Shown piece after piece: positions 59,348-64,000 of a stretch of 64,000 nucleotides of DNA. A program made the position numbers and the translations under genes. Source of the DNA: a virus; IMG/VR virus record IMGVR_UViG_3300009523_000001, positions 32,001-96,000 of that record; one strand, 5' to 3'. The notes beneath the pieces were generated by a model. The model had not been told where the DNA came from. It made no database searches and saw only the letters and a list, made by a program, of their open reading frames with translations. Within the stretch, counting starts at the first letter, position 1. The number at the start of each line of letters is the position of its first letter.

Positions 59348-60345
59348 TGACGAAGACAACCGGAGTCGGCGGGTGCGGAGGCGGATGCAGCGAGTTTCCG
59401 CGGATCCTGGTCCCCAAGGCCTGCGTCCTCGAACCGGGATCGCCAACGCCCCGGCAAGCCGCTCAGATCATGCACGACGACGGCACCTACGGCGATTGGA
59501 TCGACGATGTCCCCATCCAAGGACCGACCGACCGCGACATTCGCAAGGCCGACTGCTGGTGGAAAGACAACGTCCTCGATAAGGCCACTGACAACGCAGG
59601 GCGCATCGTGCCGCAGTGGACGCAGAACTCGCTCTGCATCGGCAACCGGTTCATGAGCTCCGGCATTGGCGGCATCGGCGAGACGGTCCGTCGTAGCGGC
59701 ACGCTCGGGCAGGCACCGGCAGCCGCCGCAGGACCAGGAATCAAGCTCTCCGACGCCGAGGCGCAGTGGGTGCTGTCCACCCTCACGCAGCTCAACGCGC
59801 TTATCCTCAAGGCCGGGAGCAAGCCCTGCGCAACCTGGCCATCGGACCCGACCAAGGCGCAGCCCGCGGCGGTCGCGTGCTTCCAAGGCTGGTTCAACAC
59901 GAACGTGAACCCGGGCCTGCGCACCGACGGGATGCTCGACCGCGACACGCTCTGCGCGCTCCTGACCGTCACAAGGCAGCACGCGACCGACTTCCCGACG
60001 CCGTACCCCGGCACCGTATTTTGCTTGTCGGCTCTGTCGACCCTGCCCATGCCCATGAAGATCGGCATCGGCGTCGCGGCAGCGGCGGTGGTCGGTGGGA
60101 CCGTGGCGGCGATCGCGGGGGCGTACGGCAAGAAGAAGCCGCGAACCGCACTGCCTGCGGCCAGCGAGGCGCGACGCGTAATCGGGTACCAAGTACTCGT
60201 CTTCAACCAGGGGTCTTCGCATCCAGAAGTGGTCGCGCCCGCGAACACCCAAGCGGAAGCAGAGAGGCTCAAGGATCACTACGAGAAGCAAGCCGACCGA
60301 CGCGGCTGGAACAAGCGCGTCGAAATCAGACCCGTGAGGGGCTGA
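59347..60345 (+). CDS. Membrane-anchored protein with peptidoglycan-binding-like domain
   Basis: AVACFQGWFN..LRTDGMLDRDTL; TM KIGIGVAAAAVVGG; ASEARR linker. Confidence 0.7.
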   Translation: MTKTTGVGGCGGGCSEFPRILVPKACVLEPGSPTPRQAAQIMHDDGTYGDWIDDVPIQGPTDRDIRKADCWWKDNVLDKATDNAGRIVPQWTQNSLCIGNRFMSSGIGGIGETVRRSGTLGQAPAAAAGPGIKLSDAEAQWVLSTLTQLNALILKAGSKPCATWPSDPTKAQPAAVACFQGWFNTNVNPGLRTDGMLDRDTLCALLTVTRQHATDFPTPYPGTVFCLSALSTLPMPMKIGIGVAAAAVVGGTVAAIAGAYGKKKPRTALPAASEARRVIGYQVLVFNQGSSHPEVVAPANTQAEAERLKDHYEKQADRRGWNKRVEIRPVRG

Positions 60346-60359
60346 AAAGGGGTTGACGG

Positions 60360-61157
60360 ATGCACGTCAGCTCGTGGGAAGACGTCGCCCCGCCGCGGAC
60401 GCTCATCAGTTGCGTCGTCCCGCCCCCGGGCCTCGGGAACTGGTGGAGCGGCAGCAAAGGTGGCGAAGAAACGCTCCCCGCCTTCCCAGGCATCAAGAAG
60501 CTCTCCGTAAGCGAACTGCAGTCCATCACCGAGACGGCCAACACTATCGGCATTGAACCGGACTGGCTCGCCACCATCATCAACTTCGAGACCGGCGGAA
60601 CGTTCTCCCCGACCCAGAAGAACGCGGCCGGGTCGGGAGCAACGGGCCTCATTCAGTTCATGCCAAAGACGGCCCAGAACCTCCTCGGCACGTCCACGCC
60701 GGAAGAGGCGATCCGGCAGCTCGAAGCGATGAGCTTCCCCCAGCAGATGAAGCTGGTCGAGCGCTACTTCGCGCCCCACGCGGGCAAGATGAAGAGCCTT
60801 TCGGACGCTTACCTGGCCGTCCTCTACCCCGCGTTCATCGGAGCGTCCGACGACGCAGTGATGGGCCGGACAGGAAGCGCCATCTACACGCAAAACGCCG
60901 GATTCGACAGCACGCACAAGGGCTACATCACGAAGGCGGACATCACCGGCAAAATCAACGCCATGCTCGACGGCACGAAGGAACGGGTCGCGACCGGGAT
61001 CCCGCTCGTCCGTCGACCGATCAAGCTGCGACCGATCCTGACGGGGATCGCGATCGTGGCCGCTGCCGGAGTCGTGGCCTGGGGAGCGGTCACCCTGACT
61101 AGCCGACCCGCGCGACGCGTGCCGGCACTGCAACGCGTACCTGCGGCGGCGACGTAA
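60360..61157 (+). CDS. Lytic transglycosylase (SLT) with C-terminal TM
   Basis: IINFETGG..N..SGATGLIQFMPKTA..AYLA. Confidence 0.88.
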   Translation: MHVSSWEDVAPPRTLISCVVPPPGLGNWWSGSKGGEETLPAFPGIKKLSVSELQSITETANTIGIEPDWLATIINFETGGTFSPTQKNAAGSGATGLIQFMPKTAQNLLGTSTPEEAIRQLEAMSFPQQMKLVERYFAPHAGKMKSLSDAYLAVLYPAFIGASDDAVMGRTGSAIYTQNAGFDSTHKGYITKADITGKINAMLDGTKERVATGIPLVRRPIKLRPILTGIAIVAAAGVVAWGAVTLTSRPARRVPALQRVPAAAT

Positions 61158-61167
61158 GAGGAACGTG

Positions 61168-62043
61168 ATGCACCTCGCAGAATCCATCTCGTTCGCCGGA
61201 AACCGAACCGTCGGCTTCGGTCTTGATGAAGTGACGCCGCATCTCTTTGTCATCGGCGACTCGCAGGCATGCGGCGCCACCGGTGCCCCGAACCTGACCA
61301 CCAAAACCATCGATCTCAACGGCACGCCCGCGCGCGTCCACTGCAAGGTCGGGGCACACACGTCCGAGTTCGCGGCCATCGTGCCGACGCTCGGCATTTC
61401 GAGAGGCGATACTGTGATCGTCTTCCTCGGCTCGAACGACTACGACAGCAAGCCCGACCCGACCGCGATCGTGAAAGCCATCGAGGCCGCCGGTGCGTCG
61501 ACCCTCTGGGTGGGACCGCCGTCGATTCGCGGGAAGGACGGCGCAGCACCGGCCCATCTCCAGTCCGTGCTAGGCGATCGGTACTTCGACTCGCGCACGC
61601 TCAACCTGCAGCTCCGCGACGGGATCCACCCGACCGCGAGTGAGTTCGCGCGGTGGAGAGCGGCCGTGCTCTCCGAGATCGCGAGCAAGCCGCCGATCGC
61701 CCCGACGACCCCTGTGAGCAGTGTGCTCGAGACGCTCCAGCGGCCGGCGGTTGCGGCGGCTGCCGCGTTGGGGATCCTCGCACTCGGCGGATCGATCTAC
61801 TGGATCGCCACGATGAGACGCGCACCGCAGCGCCTGTCGGCGGTCCGAGAAGGGGAAGGCAAAACTGTTAGCGCCAAAGATCTGAAGCCAGGCGATCTCG
61901 TTCGAGGCGAGAAGGGATCTCGTCGTTACCGTATCCTTTCGGTGAGACGCGTTGAAGGAGCGCGATCCGTTGAGGTTCAAGTTCAAAGCCAGGGGACGTG
62001 GCACTTCAAGCCAAACGATTCCGTAGAGGTCTTTCGATCATGA
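61168..62043 (+). CDS. SGNH/GDSL hydrolase with TM and small C-terminal beta domain
   Basis: IGDS, G, LGSND, DGIHP; N-terminal GNRTVGFGL. Confidence 0.85.
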   Translation: MHLAESISFAGNRTVGFGLDEVTPHLFVIGDSQACGATGAPNLTTKTIDLNGTPARVHCKVGAHTSEFAAIVPTLGISRGDTVIVFLGSNDYDSKPDPTAIVKAIEAAGASTLWVGPPSIRGKDGAAPAHLQSVLGDRYFDSRTLNLQLRDGIHPTASEFARWRAAVLSEIASKPPIAPTTPVSSVLETLQRPAVAAAAALGILALGGSIYWIATMRRAPQRLSAVREGEGKTVSAKDLKPGDLVRGEKGSRRYRILSVRRVEGARSVEVQVQSQGTWHFKPNDSVEVFRS

Positions 62044-62354
62044 ACACCATCTCGCGCGGTGGCCGACCCGTCGCCGGCTTCGCTCTTGGCCAGCCTCCCG
62101 AATGCCCTGCCGCGCTGCCGTCCGGCTCGAGTGCCGCTGCCCTGGTCGGCGGCGACCTCAGCGCGTTGCCGATCGCCGTCGGACACACGCTCGTCCGTGC
62201 GGCGCTTGTCGGAACGGGACTGCTCATCGCCGGCGAACGCGAGCACGTAATCAGAAACGCGGTTGCTGGCTCACTCGCGATCGAGGCGTTTGTCCTCGGT
62301 TGGGCTGCGTGGCTTCAACGGGGCCTCGGCAACAACGCCGAGGATCGCTCATAA
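62040..62354 (+). CDS. Small membrane protein with GRPVAGFALG motif
   Basis: ATGA-coupled; two hydrophobic helices. Confidence 0.75.
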   Translation: MNTISRGGRPVAGFALGQPPECPAALPSGSSAAALVGGDLSALPIAVGHTLVRAALVGTGLLIAGEREHVIRNAVAGSLAIEAFVLGWAAWLQRGLGNNAEDRS

Positions 62355-62430
62355 GGTTTTGCATCGCGGGAGACTGCCCGCAAAAAACCGCTGACCTTCA
62401 CTGTAGCAAAAAGGTACCATAAAGAACGCC

Positions 62431-63825
62431 ATGATCGCCAAACAGCCGCAGAAAACGTACAAGTTCGGCGACTCCCTGCCCCCCATCCCCGGCCCCGTTG
62501 CTTCCTGGCCGTGGCCCGGATCGGCCGCGCTCACGAAATGGAGCATCGACATGCTCCACTACCCGCTCGGGACCATCATCACCGACGTCGTCGACGGTCA
62601 TCCCGTCATCGCACAAATTCAAACACACTCTTGGTACGGCGCCCACCCCGACTGGCCCTCGACGCCTCACAAGGGGACCAGCGTATTTGTTCCGACCACG
62701 GTCAACGCGACCGGCAAGAAGATCCCCGTCGCCGATCCACCGGACGGGTGGGGGGAGGAATCACCGTCCGTGGCCGGCGTGGGGTCCAACGGGAAACCCG
62801 CAACCCCATGCGCGCCGGGAGATCCTCTCTGCACCGACCTTCCCGACGAATCTGCGCCGCACCCCACCAAGGAGTATTCAATGGACACAGTCTTCCTAAA
62901 CGGCCGTCCCGTCTCGTTCGGCGTGGGTGAGAACTTTTGCCCAACCCTTCCGTACGTGTGTCCGCCTCGCCCGTGGGGACCGGATCCGGGCCCGCGCGCC
63001 TCGATCGCGGATCGCCTCGGCACCGGCGACCGCGACGTGGGCGTCAGCGGATGCTGCCCGCGGCAATGGGAGCCCGATCCGGGCCAAACCCTCAGCGGGG
63101 TCGGCGACGTCGCTCCCCCAGCCCCCACGAACGTGGCGCAGATCCACAATGCGGCGCAGGCGGCCGTCAAAGGGCGCCCGCAGGCGCCGCATCCCGCCGT
63201 GCAGGGCTCGATCCAAGCCGCCGCGACCGGTGCCGCGCGCGTCGTCGCACCCCCCGGAACGCCCCCCGCTCAAGTGCACAGACTCGCGCGGCTCGGCGCC
63301 GAAGCCTCCGTGCTTCGCGCCGGCTCCCGGTTTGCTCACCCTCGTCACCCTGTAGTCTCCACCGCCATCCGCGCCGCCGCCCACGAAGCGGTCCTCGCGC
63401 ACGCGTGGCGGCCCGAGTGGGGCACCCGGCCCGCAGGGTTCGGCGCCACCCAATGGCGGCCCGAGTGGGGCGCTCGACCCGTGTGGTTCGGGGCCCGTCG
63501 ATGGAGACGCGAGTGGGGATTTCAGCCCGCGTGGTGGGCAGCGCATCAGACCGTGATGGACACGCCCCAACCGGACGATTCCACCACTCCGTCGGACGGT
63601 TCGCCCGCTTCGTCCGATGGTTCTCCCGCTCCGACGGACGGTTCCGCTCCGGCGGACGGTTCTCAGTCGCCCACAACGACAGCCCCCTCGGGCGGTCTAT
63701 CCACCCTCGCGAAGGTCGGCATCGGCGTCGCGGTGGTGGCGGTGGTCGGGGGGACGGTCGCAGCGATCTCGGCGAACGGCGGAAAGAAAAAGAAGTCCTC
63801 GCCGGCGGCAGGAACGTCGCCATGA
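62431..63825 (+). CDS. Modular C-terminally anchored protein
   Basis: Internal ATG 62881 with AAGGAG, then NGRPVSFGVG; WR(P/R)EWG x3; DGS repeats; TM then KKKK. Confidence 0.75.
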   Translation: MIAKQPQKTYKFGDSLPPIPGPVASWPWPGSAALTKWSIDMLHYPLGTIITDVVDGHPVIAQIQTHSWYGAHPDWPSTPHKGTSVFVPTTVNATGKKIPVADPPDGWGEESPSVAGVGSNGKPATPCAPGDPLCTDLPDESAPHPTKEYSMDTVFLNGRPVSFGVGENFCPTLPYVCPPRPWGPDPGPRASIADRLGTGDRDVGVSGCCPRQWEPDPGQTLSGVGDVAPPAPTNVAQIHNAAQAAVKGRPQAPHPAVQGSIQAAATGAARVVAPPGTPPAQVHRLARLGAEASVLRAGSRFAHPRHPVVSTAIRAAAHEAVLAHAWRPEWGTRPAGFGATQWRPEWGARPVWFGARRWRREWGFQPAWWAAHQTVMDTPQPDDSTTPSDGSPASSDGSPAPTDGSAPADGSQSPTTTAPSGGLSTLAKVGIGVAVVAVVGGTVAAISANGGKKKKSSPAAGTSP

Positions 63826-64000
63826 GCGAGGGTGCCGTCATTGCGGTGGCCGTGCTGGGAATCGCTGCGGTCGGAGGGGGGATCTACTGGATGGCCACCC
63901 GACCCACAGGCAGCTCGTCTCCTGCGCCTGCGGGATTGCTACCTCCCGCACCGGCACCCGCAGCGACCGCACCGGCACCCCACCCTGCGACTGCCGCACC
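63822..64000 (+). CDS. N-terminally anchored Pro-rich protein, partial
   Basis: ATGA-coupled; MSEGAVIAVAVLGIAAVGGGIYWMATRP; runs off the right edge. Confidence 0.7.
   Translation, partial: MSEGAVIAVAVLGIAAVGGGIYWMATRPTGSSSPAPAGLLPPAPAPAATAPAPHPATAA

Overview
High-GC, gene-dense 64-kb segment that reads as part of a large virus or virus-like element rather than a bacterial chromosome. Genes are tightly coupled by ATGA/TGATG overlaps, several starts look leaderless, and there are no housekeeping operons. No terminase, portal, tail-tube or tape-measure gene is recognisable here. From left to right: (1) 1-8.4 kb, a minus-strand operon of acidic proteins with Arg-rich linkers ending in a hydrophobic-x-E(ARR) motif, plus a GHKL ATPase that the ORF track missed; (2) a toxin-antitoxin-like cluster, DUF6527-like genes and two CX5R phosphatases; (3) 12.7-37.4 kb, a fibre/glycosylation module with collagen-like GPT fibres sharing an N-terminal MS(F/Y)(V/I)IGRGRxxxETYP tag, a multidomain glycosyltransferase, methyltransferases and an epimerase, interrupted by a tmRNA gene (tag ANDNAHLIAA) and small accessory genes; (4) three tandem paralogues, an HNH-AP2 nuclease, YafQ and Fic toxin-antitoxin modules, and membrane-anchored proteins with a GRPVxGFG(L/V)G motif; (5) a plus-strand morphogenesis-like operon with GroES-like, RadC/JAB, Pro-rich, LysM, an inserted TnpB, a transglutaminase-like protein, a protamine-like core protein, a candidate major capsid protein and C-terminally anchored muralytic enzymes. 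Best overall inference: an undescribed large, probably tailless and membrane-containing, fibre-coated bacterial virus with three peptide sorting/processing motifs, a shared structural-gene promoter and a thrice-repeated ~40-bp palindromic site. All family assignments come from motif recognition by eye, not database searches.
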